A DNA stretch of 64,000 bases from Octopus sinensis (lineage: Eukaryota). Shown piece by piece: positions 43,765 to 56,190 of the stretch. The notes under the pieces are model-generated. The model saw nothing but the letters and a program-made list of their open reading frames with translations, did not search any database and was not told where the DNA came from. Within the stretch, counting starts at the first letter, position 1, and each line of letters opens with the position of its first letter. Both the position numbers and the translations under genes were made by a program. The DNA lies in the NCBI RefSeq assembly GCF_006345805.1, contig NC_043007.1, positions 29,822,001 to 29,886,000 on the forward strand, written 5' to 3'.

Positions 43765-44895
43765 TATATATATATATATATATATCGCCGCGATCACCAT
43801 GACCGACCAGGCTATCAGATGGTCACAATGCGCTTTGCATTGTTTTAGCCTTCAAATGACGCCTCCCCGCTGGCTAAGCGAGCAGAACAACAGAAGAAAG
43901 AGTGAGAGAAAGTCATAGAGAAAGAGTACAGCAGGGATCGCCACCACCCCCTGCCGGAGCCTCGTGGAGCTTTAGTTGTTTTTGCTCAATAAACACTCAC
44001 AACACCTGGTCTGGGAATCGAAACCGTGATCTTACGACCGTGAATCCGCTGCCCTAACCAATGAGCCATTGCACCTCCACATATATATAACCAAAAAATA
44101 AGCAACAAGAATGAATCAGTAGTTTAGTACAATTGTTTCATACTATAAACATTTTATTAAAGCTGCAAATATTACAGCAAATATAATGTCAAGTAATCTT
44201 CAGCTAAATTTCATAAAGGTTTTCCAAACATCTTAGAGAGTGTAAATATCCTTATAAAGTTATAGAAGTGAGTTCCATGAATCTGAAGTAAGATTCCAAG
44301 CAGACTATATATGTTTTCCAACAATACAAAGTTATTAAATTAATTATTGACATCTCAGAGAAGATAAATCTACTCATAAAGATGTGGATATAAATTTCAA
44401 GACACATGAGGAAAGATGCCAATCAGACCACGGTTAAGTTCGCATATATATCATCATCATCATCATCCTTAAACATTCTTACTCCATGCTGGCATAGGTT
44501 GGATAGTTTGGACCAGCACTGGCAAGCAGAATAACTGCTGCAAGGATGGTTGTGTTTGTCTACACAAATTCATTGCTCCCATACGATGACAACAACGGTG
44601 TATGCTGCTGTAGCTGTTCTTTATCAACTGTGCCTATTCTTGGTTTGAAGGTGTAGACACATCTGTGTCTGCTCAATATAAGCTGCCTTGTTGTATTTAA
44701 TATCATTAATGCCGAGATAAGATTACAGTTTGGGAACAGAGCCGACATATCTACAGGAATATCAACAATGGCCAAGTGGTCTGCTCGTAAAAATTAACCA
44801 GCTGAAGACAGATATAAAAAACAAACACAAAGAAATCAATTGAATAGCCAAGTACCACCACCACCACCACCACCACCACCACCACCACCACCACC

Positions 44896-44929
<34 letters not shown>

Positions 44930-45409
44930 TCATTATCCCCATCAACATCATCATCACAACTGTTCAGTCTTTAAACAGTTTTTAATAGCTCAGACAAGCT
45001 GACACTTTCTTGATATAATGTCTAACTAAAATTGGATCGGGGAAGACGGGAAGATGGCCGCCCGCTGCTGCTGCTGCTCCATTAAATGATGCTGCTGTGT
45101 GGTGAGATGTTTGGTTTTTCTTCTTCTTCTTCTCTAATAACTTAAGTCCCTAATTAAATGGCAGATTTACTCATGTTGCTAAACTATATCGGTTACAGAT
45201 GGTGTTGCTGCTGCTGCTACTACTACTACTGCCATCAGTGCCAGTAGCATCAGCATCATCATCATCATCATCAGCAGCACCCCCCCCCCCACTGCAACGG
45301 TTTACATACACATCACTATGGCAAAAATGTTGCTTATAGCAATCATCCTCTGAATGCAAGCAATTTCCATTAACAGATGATATCGTTTGGTTATGTCGAG
45401 TCATCATTG

Positions 45410-45543
45410 GAGAAGCATCATCATCACCATCATCATCGTCATTGCCACCACCACCATTATCACCATTATCATCATTATCGTCATTGTCATCACCACCACC
45501 ATCATCATCATCATCATCACCATTATCATCATCATCGTCATTG

Positions 45544-45576
<33 letters not shown>

Positions 45577-45612
45577 TCATTGCCATCATCATCATCATCA
45601 TTGTCATCATCG
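45410..45612. repeat. Compound (CAT/CAC)n trinucleotide tract
   Basis: Read directly; it produces the spurious poly-His/Asp/Met ORFs. Confidence 0.95.
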
Positions 45613-46320
45613 TTTCCGTGTCCATGCTGACATGTTGTCACTCACCCTAAACCAGATTTTCAAACCAGGTATTTTCTTTCGTAAAACTGACTGCTCTTCA
45701 TCACACCAAATCCACAGATCTGCTGAATGTGTTGTTTAGAAGGGGATGCAAACAAACCATCACCTTCATCCAAACGGTGTCATGCACAGACATGTGGATA
45801 TAGGCATTCACACACACACACATGCACACACCAAATGGCTTGCAAGACAAAGATGTCTCGGCAGAGAGCAGGAGAGGAACTGAGAGAAGAGGCCATGAGC
45901 CAGGTGAGGGGTTGGAGAAGGTTGGGGCGGGGACGGAAGCTTAGGACAGAGGATGCACTTGGCTACCCAAGTGAGACAAGGAAGGAGAAGGAGGTGGCAG
46001 AGAGTGAGAGAGAGAGAGAGAGAAAGGGCCTATCCACGGGGGGGGGGACAGTGGTGAGAGGAGTATAAGTTGCACGGAGGGGAGAGAGATGTTCCGTAAG
46101 GGGGTGGGTGGGTTGAGATGTAAATATTTATTTGGTTAGAGCCGAAGCAGATGGAGGACCTTCTTCTGACTCTCTTTCCTCACTTCTCCTGTTCGTTGTT
46201 GTGAGTATGTTTCCTCTTTCATGTCTTTCAATATTAAGGTCACCCGTCATCATCATCATCATTTAACATACAAGTTCCATGCTGGCATGGGTTGGATGCT
46301 GGCATTGGTTGGATTTGTAA

Positions 46321-46536
46321 GGCGTCGGGCTGGCAGAAACATTAGCACGGCGGGCGAAATGCGTAGTTGTATTTTGTCTGCCGCTACGTTCTGAGTTCAA
46401 ATTCTGCTGAGGTCGACTTTGCCTTTCATCCTTTCGGGGTCGATAAATAAAGTACCAGTTACGCACTGGGGTCGATACAATCGACTTAATCTGTTTGTCT
46501 GTCCTTGTTTGTCCCCTTGTGGGCAGTAAAGAAATA
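46321..46536 (+). mobile_element. SINE family E nested in an RTE 3' end
   Basis: gctggcagaaacattagcac...ctgagttcaaatt...gactttgcctttcatcc; other copies at 56664-56875, 59555-59745, 23690-23890 (-), 39898-40109 (-) and 63065-63260 (-). Confidence 0.75.
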
Positions 46537-47084
46537 GGCATGGGTTGGATGGTTTGATAGGATCCAATGCGTTCAAGGACAGCATTAGACTCCAATGTCT
46601 GCTTTGTCAGCGTTCTTACGGCACAATGCTCTTTTTGATGCCAGGGAAGACTGGGGACATTATTCATGCCATCTGCACTACTGAGGTCACTATGTAGCTC
46701 ACAGGCTATAACCTCTTGGGGGAGGGTGGGGCCAGCTTCACACTAGTATACACGCCCCCCCACACACACATGGTTTAGTGGTTAGGGTGTTGCACTCATG
46801 ATTGCGAGATCGTGGGTTCGATTCCCAGACCGGGCGTTGTGTTGTGTTCTTGAACAAAGCACTTCATTTCGTGTTGCTCTGCGATCCTTTCGTCATCTGA
46901 TATGTGCCCCCGCCCAGTTGAACCTGAACAAGTAATGTCGATTTGATGGAGGGAATGAATTTATGTCTACACAAACATTTCATCACTATAAACAAATCAT
47001 CTGTGGGGTTGTTCGGTAAGAAACTGTCGAGCCCTCAGATGTCGCCCAACAATGGGAGAGTCCATTTTATATATATATATATAT

Positions 47085-47345
47085 AAGTTGGTTATAGGAG
47101 GAATCAAATGTAGCATGCAAGAGAGAAGACTAGGTTGGTTTGGACATGTAATGTGTATGAATGAGGGCAGCTGCATAAAGAAGTGCCAGTCATTGAAAAT
47201 AGATGGTACCCATGGAAGAGGGAAACCCAAGAAGACATGTGTTGAAGTGGTAAGGACCGATCTCAGGAAGTTGGACCTCATGGACGAAATGACAATGGAT
47301 CAAGGTGCCTGGTGATATGAGGTTCTTGAGAAGACCTGCACACAC
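47085..47345 (+). mobile_element. RTE-clade LINE ORF2 C-terminal remnant
   Basis: MQERRLGWFGHVMCMNEGSCIKKCQSLKIDGTHGRGKPKKTCVEVVRTD matches the RTE motif RLRW.GHV.RM...G.R.RGRP+KTW. Confidence 0.85.
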
Positions 47346-47349
47346 CAGT

Positions 47350-48068
47350 GAACGTAAACAACATGAAACTCGAAATATGAAAACATGGAATATGAACATT
47401 TTTTTGCGAACAACGAAAGAAACAAATGGAAAACAAGACAAGCGACATAAAGAACGACCCTTCATCAGTTGTCGGCTGTTTTTCTACTCTGTATTTCGAG
47501 CAATTCATGACAAGATACAGCTTTGACAAAACAGTTGCTCCCGCAAAGCAAATTAAATAAAATTTGGGATTTTGCGGGGTGTCAAAATTGGTAAGAAAAA
47601 CAGGACAGTGAAACAAACAGAAAGGGCTACTAAGACTTAACGAGGTGAGGTGGCGGACGCTGGAGGAACTAGCTTCGACAGGAGATAGACAAGAATGCGT
47701 CTGATCTTTGCTACTGATCAGAAGGAAAGAAAGAAACTCAAGTTAGGAAAAGAAAGATGGCCAATGGTCATGTGTGCGAAATAAGAGAGCAAAGGAGGAA
47801 GAGTGAGGGGGAGAGAGGGACAGACAGAGAACGGTGAATGGGAGAGGAAAAGAATTAGAGAAAGGTTGAGAGAGAAAAAACAAAAGGGGGAGAAGGGTAG
47901 ATAAAAGGGGAGAGGGAAAGAGAAAGAAAAGTAGAGATAGTAACAGGACAACAGCCAACAACTGATGAAGGGTCGTTCTTTCTGTTGCTTGTTTTCCATT
48001 TGTTTCTTTCATTGTTCGCAAAAAAATGTTTGTATTCCATGTTTTCGTATTTCATGTTGTTTACGTTC
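47350..48068. repeat. Inverted repeat pair (47350-47478 / 47951-48068)
   Basis: gaacgtaaacaacatgaaa...cttcatcagttgtcggctgt versus acagccaacaactgatgaag...tttcatgttgtttacgttc. Confidence 0.85.
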
Positions 48069-48370
48069 TATGACGTCCTGTACCCATATATGCATATGTA
48101 TATACATATATATGTAAGTAAGTACATATATGTATATATGCATATATTTATATATTATTTATATCGCTATACGATTTAACGCCACACATCCGTTTCCAAG
48201 TAAGTTTTATCTATATATATAAATGTGTTTGTATGTATGTATTCATATGAGTGTGTGACATGTACACATGTATGTGTATTGCAGTTCTATATTTAAGAGA
48301 TGAGGAATTATGTACATTATTTACATTATTTACATTTGACAGATATTTGTCCTCATCTTGTTTGTTGTTA

Positions 48371-48414
48371 ACATAACGTTTCGGTTGATATACCCTCCAG
48401 CCTTCATCAGGTGT
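48371..48414 (-). ncRNA. Minimal type-I hammerhead-ribozyme-like motif
   Basis: ACAC-CUGAUGA-A-GGCUG[gagggUaUaU]CAACC-GAAAC-GUU-AUGU. The core is intact; one mismatch each in stems I and II. Confidence 0.6.
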
Positions 48415-48549
48415 GTTGGGGAAATTTAGAACTTGGGTTCTCATTCCTAAGGTATTCTTCACTGTTATTATTATTATTATTGTTGTTGTTGTTGTTATAG
48501 CAGTGAAAATACCTTAGGAATAAGAACTCAGGTTCGAAATTTCTCCAAG

Positions 48550-48593
48550 ACACCTGATGGAGGTTGGAGGGTATATCAACCGAAACGTTATGT
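48550..48593 (+). ncRNA. Minimal type-I hammerhead-ribozyme-like motif (A9G)
   Basis: ACAC-CUGAUGG-A-GGUUG[10 nt]CAACC-GAAAC-GUU-AUGU; perfect 5-bp stem II. Confidence 0.55.
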
Positions 48594-49228
48594 TAACAAC
48601 AAACAACATGATAACAAATATCTGTCAAACGTGAATAATGTAAATAATGTATGTATGTGTGTGCGTGGTTGCGTGAATGTTTACATTCTGTGTTTCACAC
48701 TGAGCTAGAAGTGGCATTCATTGACGACATTCCCTGTGGTGGAGATGGTGGGGGGTGGGGTGGTTACCCCAGTAACTACATTCTGCAATACAGCAACAAC
48801 AACAACTCAGAAAAAAAAAACAAAAAAAAAACATGTCCATTGTTATTACACAACAACAAAAGAAAGAAAAGGAAAACAAGAAAATAAGAACTCTTAAAGA
48901 GCTGCAAGTGCTACAAGGAAATGGTAGTGCCATATTTTTGGCAAGGACTTACTAAGTGAGTTATGTAAATACGTGAATGATTGTATGTTGGCCATTGAGA
49001 TTGCTGAAATGCCAAAATTTAATAGAATGATTTTCTGTGACAAGCATAAAAAAAAAACATAACCAATTAACATGTTGAAAACAAACCAAAACTATCCTCC
49101 CACCCCACCCCCCTCTTTCTCCCATCCTCAACAATCTCATTCTTGCAAAAAGAAAACAAAACGCCAAAATTGCAAAATATTTTCTTGCAATTGTGGCAGA
49201 CATTATGTAAATTTCTAACTTGTTGATA

Positions 49229-49460
49229 AGAGAGAGGCAGAGGGGGGAGAGGGGGAGAGATAAAGGGGGGAGAGAGGGAGGGGGAGAGGGAGGGAGAGGG
49301 AGAGGGGGAGAGAGAGAGGGCGGGAGAGAGAGAAGGAGGGAGGGAAAGAAAGAGGGGGAGAGAGGGAGAGGAGAGAGAGGAGGGAGAGGGAGAGAGAGAA
49401 GGAGGGAAGGAAAGAGAGAGGGGGAGAGAGGGAGAGGGAGAGAGGGAGAGAGAGAGGAAG
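49229..49460. repeat. Polypurine (GA/GGA-rich) tract
   Basis: About 230 nt almost entirely A/G on +. Confidence 0.9.
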
Positions 49461-49879
49461 ATAGGGTGATTTTGTAGATTTTGTGGAGCATGCGCAGCCC
49501 AAAGTAATCTGACGGTGCCAGCTTCTTTGGTAAATCAAAGCAAAAGAACGAATCATCGTTCTTGGCTCAGCTCCAAGGAATGGTTTTGTTTCATTCAACA
49601 GAATCCACTTGAAACGCTTTGATCAGCTGAAGATTTATGAAACGATGACATTAATTACTGGAGTGGAATCGGAGACATGCTGTTGTTGTTGTTGTTGGTG
49701 GTGGTGGTATTTAGTTGCAGCTGAACTTATATGATTAAAATTAAGATCAAAGGTATTCCAGCAGTGACCATCCCATCTTTTTCCAATATGTAGTGAACCC
49801 AGGCTCAAATACATACCTCTTTAAGAGAAACTTGGCTGTTATTTCCAGCATATCGTGTGACCATATGGACTCTCATTGG

Positions 49880-49880
49880 C

Positions 49881-49945
<65 letters not shown>

Positions 49946-49978
49946 CATCCATCCATCCATCCATCCATCCATCCATCC

Positions 49979-50022
<44 letters not shown>

Positions 50023-50082
50023 GTCATCCATCCATCTATCTGTCCCTCTGTCTGTTAGTCTATCTATCTCTCGCTCTCTGTC

Positions 50083-50121
<39 letters not shown>

Positions 50122-50125
50122 CTGT
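49880..50125. repeat. (TCTA)n(TCCA)n(TCTA)n then (TA)n
   Basis: Read directly. Confidence 0.95.
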
Positions 50126-52110
50126 ATCTTTTTTTTATAACTGTGTATATATTTTTCTAACTATAATGGTACACTGTATTCTTCCTGTTTTTATATTTTC
50201 ATTTTGTTTTAAAGTTGATAAATTTCTTTGTACATCCTTCCCTGAAGATATTCTCACTTGTAGTAATTAACCAAATTAATTTAGTTAAATTAAATTAAAT
50301 TCAGTCAATTTTTAAGCTGTGAGTGATGATTTGAAACAATTGTAGGTCTGGTCTTGTCAATGTTAATAAATTTTTATTAATCTTATCTCCATCTCCTCTC
50401 TTGTTTTGTATAATATCAATAATGCTATATATGTATGGGCCTGCTTTGCTAAGCATTCAACCAGTCACAACTGAGAGGAAGGACACACATGATGGTGAGG
50501 AAATCTCTGGGTAAGATATAGCAACCACATTTTCCTCAATGTTGGATTTCCTGAAGACGACACTCTGAATGAAAGCTGTTGAAGTAAATTGAAAAACCAA
50601 AATGTGAAAAAGAAACCATGAAATGTCTACTTAAAGGTGGTTTTAGGCTGGACAGTCTGTGTGTGTGTTTCCATCGACCAAATTCACTCCTAATGCATTG
50701 GTCAACCCAGAGTTTTAGTAGTAGACACTTTCCTTAGGTGCCCCGTAGTGAAACTCAACTTGAAATCCCAACACACTGTCCTGCCTGCACTGATGTTGAT
50801 AAAATTTAGAAAAATGAAATTTTCGGAGGAATTTCGGATTGTTCTCTCTTATCCTCCGCCGCCGCTCCAACTCTGTCCACTCATAAATGTCTTTAAAAAA
50901 ATATTTTTAAAGACGTTTTCCAGAAATTCGTTGCAAGAGTATAAATTACGTAATGTTGATTCTCAAACACAGAAATCTGAACAAAAACCTGTAAAATGTT
51001 CAAAGAAGGGTAAATTGGTTGTAACGAGGTCGGAGCTGAGGAGGAATGGTCCAAAACTTTCCCAAGGGAGTGGAAATATCTCCAGGAATCGTTCTATACA
51101 TTAATAGTGACGACAATAGCATCCCATAATTTCATAAAGAGAACAAAGAGAACTGGTTAAATCTCTTAACCTCAAGAAAGCTTCCTCATTATACCGTTTC
51201 CACAGGCACCTGCTTATGTTGTATCGCACATTCTAGAGATATCTTAAGTATTTCAGAAATAGTAGCTGAGATGCACAGTTCCAACATGCTTTACTCTACA
51301 TAAATGTGATTGTTTTCACCTTTTATCAAATATATCAACGTTCTATATATTGATTATGTCAGATTATTTGCATGGAATTAACGGACGTCATTGTTTTCAC
51401 GTTCGGTCATTTTATTTGATTCTTTTAAAACCCTTAAACTGCAAGGTAACCATAGAAATACAGTAAGTTCTCTTAAATGCAATATAACGAATTAGTAGTT
51501 TTAAAAATCTGCCGGTCAAAGCGAAAAGATCCAATATTTTTACCAAATATCGTTGTTTTCGGGTAATTTATGGCTCAGGATATGAAAAGATATCATGAAG
51601 TGAGGCTAAAGTAAAGTCCGCCATAGGACTGTATTAAATGATGGAAATTGAAATCAATTGTATATAAAAAAAACGGTAACTTAATCTTTAGCATTTATTG
51701 AGGGAGATTTGGATGCTATTTCCAGGAGCTCAAGAGATGTGAGATGTTACGTTGCTGTTTAGCCAAAAAAGCAAAAGAAATGAAAACGCAAAAATGTGAA
51801 AAGTTGAAATGGTGTCAAGCGAAAAACGAACCTGTCTAATATAGGAAAAACTCTCGTAACTGTGCTTATTAGACCCACCACCACCACCACCACCACCACC
51901 ACCTCACCACCACTGTCTCGAAATGCGAAGAACACATTCGATAATATAGTCCAAGGAATGCAATTTCGGAAAAAAAGATATAGGGCAAAATTGTCTCTGT
52001 TAGAATGGCTTTGATGGTAAACCTGCTGAGTCGGGGGCTGACCTGGGGTTAAACAACAACAGTATACCACCACTGCCATCGTGATCATTAACAGCACCAC
52101 CACCACCACC

Positions 52111-52166
<56 letters not shown>

Positions 52167-52248
52167 ACATAATTTCTGAGAAAGCTGTGAAATTTACCAA
52201 GTAGTTTCAAACAACTGACAATCATCTTCGTTTGTGTCTAACAACAGC

Positions 52249-52292
<44 letters not shown>

Positions 52293-52422
52293 CCAGATAT
52301 TAAACCTAGCTTGCAAGTTTCCATGAAACCACAAGGATTGCACTGTGAATAGGAACGTGCCAATCATACAATCATATTATCTTGTATACACACACATACA
52401 CGCATGCACAAGCAAACACACA

Positions 52423-52460
<38 letters not shown>

Positions 52461-53100
52461 CCGAGAATTTTCGTTTGGTGAAGAACTTCAAGATTATCAA
52501 AGTTAATTGGTGTTAGTTTTTATGTCTTGTCTCTGCGAGAGGTGGGTGAGGGCGCAGCGGTAATTTTAGTTCAAAAGATCGCCGAGAGGGGAATAAATGG
52601 AGAAGCCCTGGTTTAGCCCAGCCGACATCTGAAATGCTGTGAACCAGACATCCACACTTGATGCTGTTGTTGTTTAGCCCTAGGCCATCTGTGATGAAGT
52701 ATATGTATGATCAAAAGTTTTTTTTTAAATGCTGGCTTGTGTTATGTGAGGGACATTAGACTGCTATTTCTGACAGGCTTCCTCATTATTGTAATTCAAA
52801 CTTAAATATTCAATTATCTCAATATAGTTTTCTCGTGTGAGTTCCGAGGAGCGGAAACAATCTCGGTTCTATATTATAAAGGGTCTTTTAATAAAATTTA
52901 GGAAAAATATATTCTTAATACGCTCTGACAGATTCGGACGTGAATATGCTAATCGCTGTTGTGTTTCTTCATCGGAGAACAATTCCTGTGAGATTAATCT
53001 ATGTTCATAGCACACTCAATTCATTAATACAAAAAATAGTGATGTTTCGACACCATTGCGTCTCGTCAGCTCTAGTTAGAGTCATTAGTCTGAAACTATG

Positions 53101-53146
53101 TCTAGTTGATGAGACACAACGACGTCGAAATACCGAATGTCCCAGA
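53101..53146 (+). ncRNA. Degenerate type-I hammerhead-ribozyme-like motif (second family)
   Basis: UCUAG-UUGAUGA-GAC[acaacgac]GUC-GAAA-UA[ccgaa]UGU-C-CCAGA; C3U substitution; stems I, II and III can all be drawn. Confidence 0.5.
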
Positions 53147-54185
53147 ATCCTTTATACTAATAAGTCGAGTGTGTTGAAATACACCGAAAAATGACGACAC
53201 AGCAGTCAAAAAAATCGTAAAAAAAAAGGGATTTTCATAGCACCTTTTTAATATAAATAATTTTTTGTGTTAACATGGTCCGATTTGAATTTTTTCTTCT
53301 ACGGAAGGAAGAGCAAGCCTTCTTCTATCATACTCTCAATTTTGGTCAACTTGCGCCGCAGGGTCTCGGAGGAGATAGTGTTAGTTGAAGGCTACCAAAC
53401 CTGCCATACACAGACAACTTCAGCTTTATATATAGAGAGAGACATTCGTTTCGCTTTCTAGTTTTGCATTTTTCTTGACTGTTACGGTTTCATTGTTACT
53501 CTCGCAGATACATGGCATCTACAACCAAAGATCGCCTGTCAGATTCGGTTTAGAGAAGACAACTTTCACAGAAGCTTATAGTTTAAGACGAAGATTTACT
53601 TCCGGAATAAACTGTCTTCGATTTGCGTACAAAAACAGCTCCGTGACCTTGAGGAATATAATCAAAATAGAAACAATATATCGATCTTCTGTGCAGCAAC
53701 GAAATATTCTAGCGTGAAATTGGGTCAGGTTTTGAATAGTTTAAAATATAAAACTGAAAATACTAATAAAAAAAAAAAGAGATAACTGTGACGCTTGCAT
53801 TGAACAGTCACAACTGTTCGTGTTTTTGGGACTCTCGAGACATCATTTAGTTCCAACATATCATTTCTGTCAGTAATTTGGGGCCTAAATGGAAAAAAAT
53901 GAAAAATCGATATTCTTTGCTACTCTAAAACAGAAACAAGCCATTATTATTTGACAAATGCGAAAGAACCTCCTCATTTTTGGATGTGTATCTTTATTGA
54001 TGTTTAGCAGAAGCATGAATATATACATATCTGTGTGTGTGTGTGTGTGTAAAATACAAAATGGGACAAGAACGCAAAACACCCAGACAAATCATACAAG
54101 AGAGGAACAACAAAACATCCAGATAGACGATACAAAGAAAACAAGGACGGGTCATTCGGAGTTATGCTTTGAATTCTGTTTTATA

Positions 54186-54303
<118 letters not shown>

Positions 54304-54384
54304 GCGAGGGATAAATTGTCACCATTTTATATTTTTAATTTTGGGCATAAGCAGTTTTTGATTTTGTCGACAATACACTATAGT

Positions 54385-55801
54385 AGGGTCGGTTGGGCAC
54401 CGTCTATGAGAAAAACAACACCACGACGCAATTCCCTCTGCCAGAAATTTGCAAACGACATGCTGTATTGCTTGGCATTCGCGCCGGAAGCGCCAATACG
54501 AACATTTCAGAGTGTTTGGGTGTCAATCTAAGGACAGTGCAATCTGAGGACATGTACGGAGAGTGATGAAAATCAAACACCTTATCAACATCATGGTGTT
54601 TGGAGTGGTCACTATTGATGGTGACGTTATGCCTCCATTCATCTCCCCACATGGCCTCTTACTCAACACAGAGGCCTACATCAAGTGCCTGGAGGAGGTA
54701 GTGCTGCCCTGGGTGAAGAGGGTGGCTGCTGGAAGACCTTATGTTTGGCAACAGGACTCTGCATTATGCCACACAAACGGGAGAACTCAGTCATAGCTGT
54801 CAGACAATTTTTACGGCCACACTACCCCTAACATCTGGCCACCTAACTCCCCAAACTGCAACCCCCTATGTGTGGGGTGCAGCTGAGCGAGAGACCAACG
54901 AAATTCCTTGTAACACCAAAGATGAACTTTTGACCGTCCAAAAGAGTTGCTGGAGATTCCAAAGTCGTTTGGAGTCCGTGGTTGAAGCCAATGGCGACTT
55001 TATTGAATAAATTTACTCTTTAGTACTTAAAGATATTTTTATGTAACTTTGGTAAATATATCTGTTAAAATGAGATGTTAGTGTTATTTTCATTTTAGCA
55101 TAATTTAGACCAGTGCTACTCAAAGTGGAAGCCCGCGGGTGCAGGAGCCATCAACTGCCGTTAGGCGGCGTGTTTCCAATAAAGAAAGAAACAGTATAAA
55201 AGGCTTATAAAATGCTTAGGTAATATTGTATTATTTGTTTATAAAATAAACATAAAATAAAAAATATTGTCAACTTTTATTATATTCATTACCGACCCTT
55301 TAGAATTGGAATTTTTGAAAAGTAAAAATTTTGCACTATGTAGCTTGTTATTCTCTTTAAGTGAACATTTTTCTGGTTGAAATACACCGAAAAATGGCGA
55401 CACAGCAGTCAAAAAATCGTAAAAAATAGGGATTTCCATAGAAAAAAAAAGCACCTTTTTGATGTAAATAATTTTTGGTGTTAACATGGTCCGATTTGAA
55501 TTTTTTCTTCTACGGAAGGAAGAGCAAGCCTTCTTCTATCATACTCTCAATTTTGGTCAACTTGCGCTGCAGGGTCTCGGAGGAGATAGTGTTAGTTGAA
55601 GGCTACCAAACCTGCCATACACAGACAACTTCAGCTTTATATAGAGAGATAGATATATTGTTTCTGATATAAATTAATATTACTAAGAAATATTACCGGT
55701 CCCTGGCACACTTGGTGGTGGGGGAAGGGACTGCTGGTACGTCACATCAGATAGTTTGCGAATCACTGATTTAGACGACAGTCTATTCACCGCACCCTGT
55801 A
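54385..55801 (+). mobile_element. Tc1/mariner (DD37D/maT-like) internally deleted element, split by nested insertions
   Basis: HTH KRHAVLLGIRAGSANTNISECLGVNLRTVQ; IMVFGVV..DG.VMPP...YVWQQDSA.CH; WPPNSPNCNP.YVWG. The 3' end ...ccgcaccctg+TA lies at 55790-55801. A further 3' fragment is at about 24600-24735. Confidence 0.85.
55111..55768. mobile_element. Non-autonomous hAT element with 8-bp TSD ATTTAGAC
   Basis: Ends CAGTGCTACTCAAA and TTTGCGAATCACTG form imperfect TIRs; TSD at 55103-55110 and 55769-55776. Confidence 0.8.
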
Positions 55802-55813
55802 TATATAATCATG

Positions 55814-55862
<49 letters not shown>

Positions 55863-56105
55863 TCATGTTTTGAGTTCCATTTTTCCTGTTTGCATCAGCA
55901 ATCCTATCATTTGGGTGTATTTACGGTGCGTGAATTAAATAAAAATGATTCCTGGACCAATTTCTGTCGCCATATTTCTAATTAATATCCTTCACCTGAG
56001 TAAATAGAAGATATTTATTAAACTCTCCTCCACTATTCGTCCTACTGCTGCTACAACGTGGATAATAATGAGTAATATGATGCTCTCTTATTTGTTTGTA
56101 TGTGA

Positions 56106-56189
<84 letters not shown>

Positions 56190-56190
<1 letters not shown>

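Noticed and set aside
45171-45739. Poly-Asp, poly-His, poly-Met and poly-Ile ORFs in all frames
   Set aside because: They come from a compound trinucleotide microsatellite that is open in several frames.
48961-50140. Pro/Leu/Ser, Arg/Glu/Gly and (IYLS)n ORFs
   Set aside because: Translations of the purine tract and tetranucleotide repeats.
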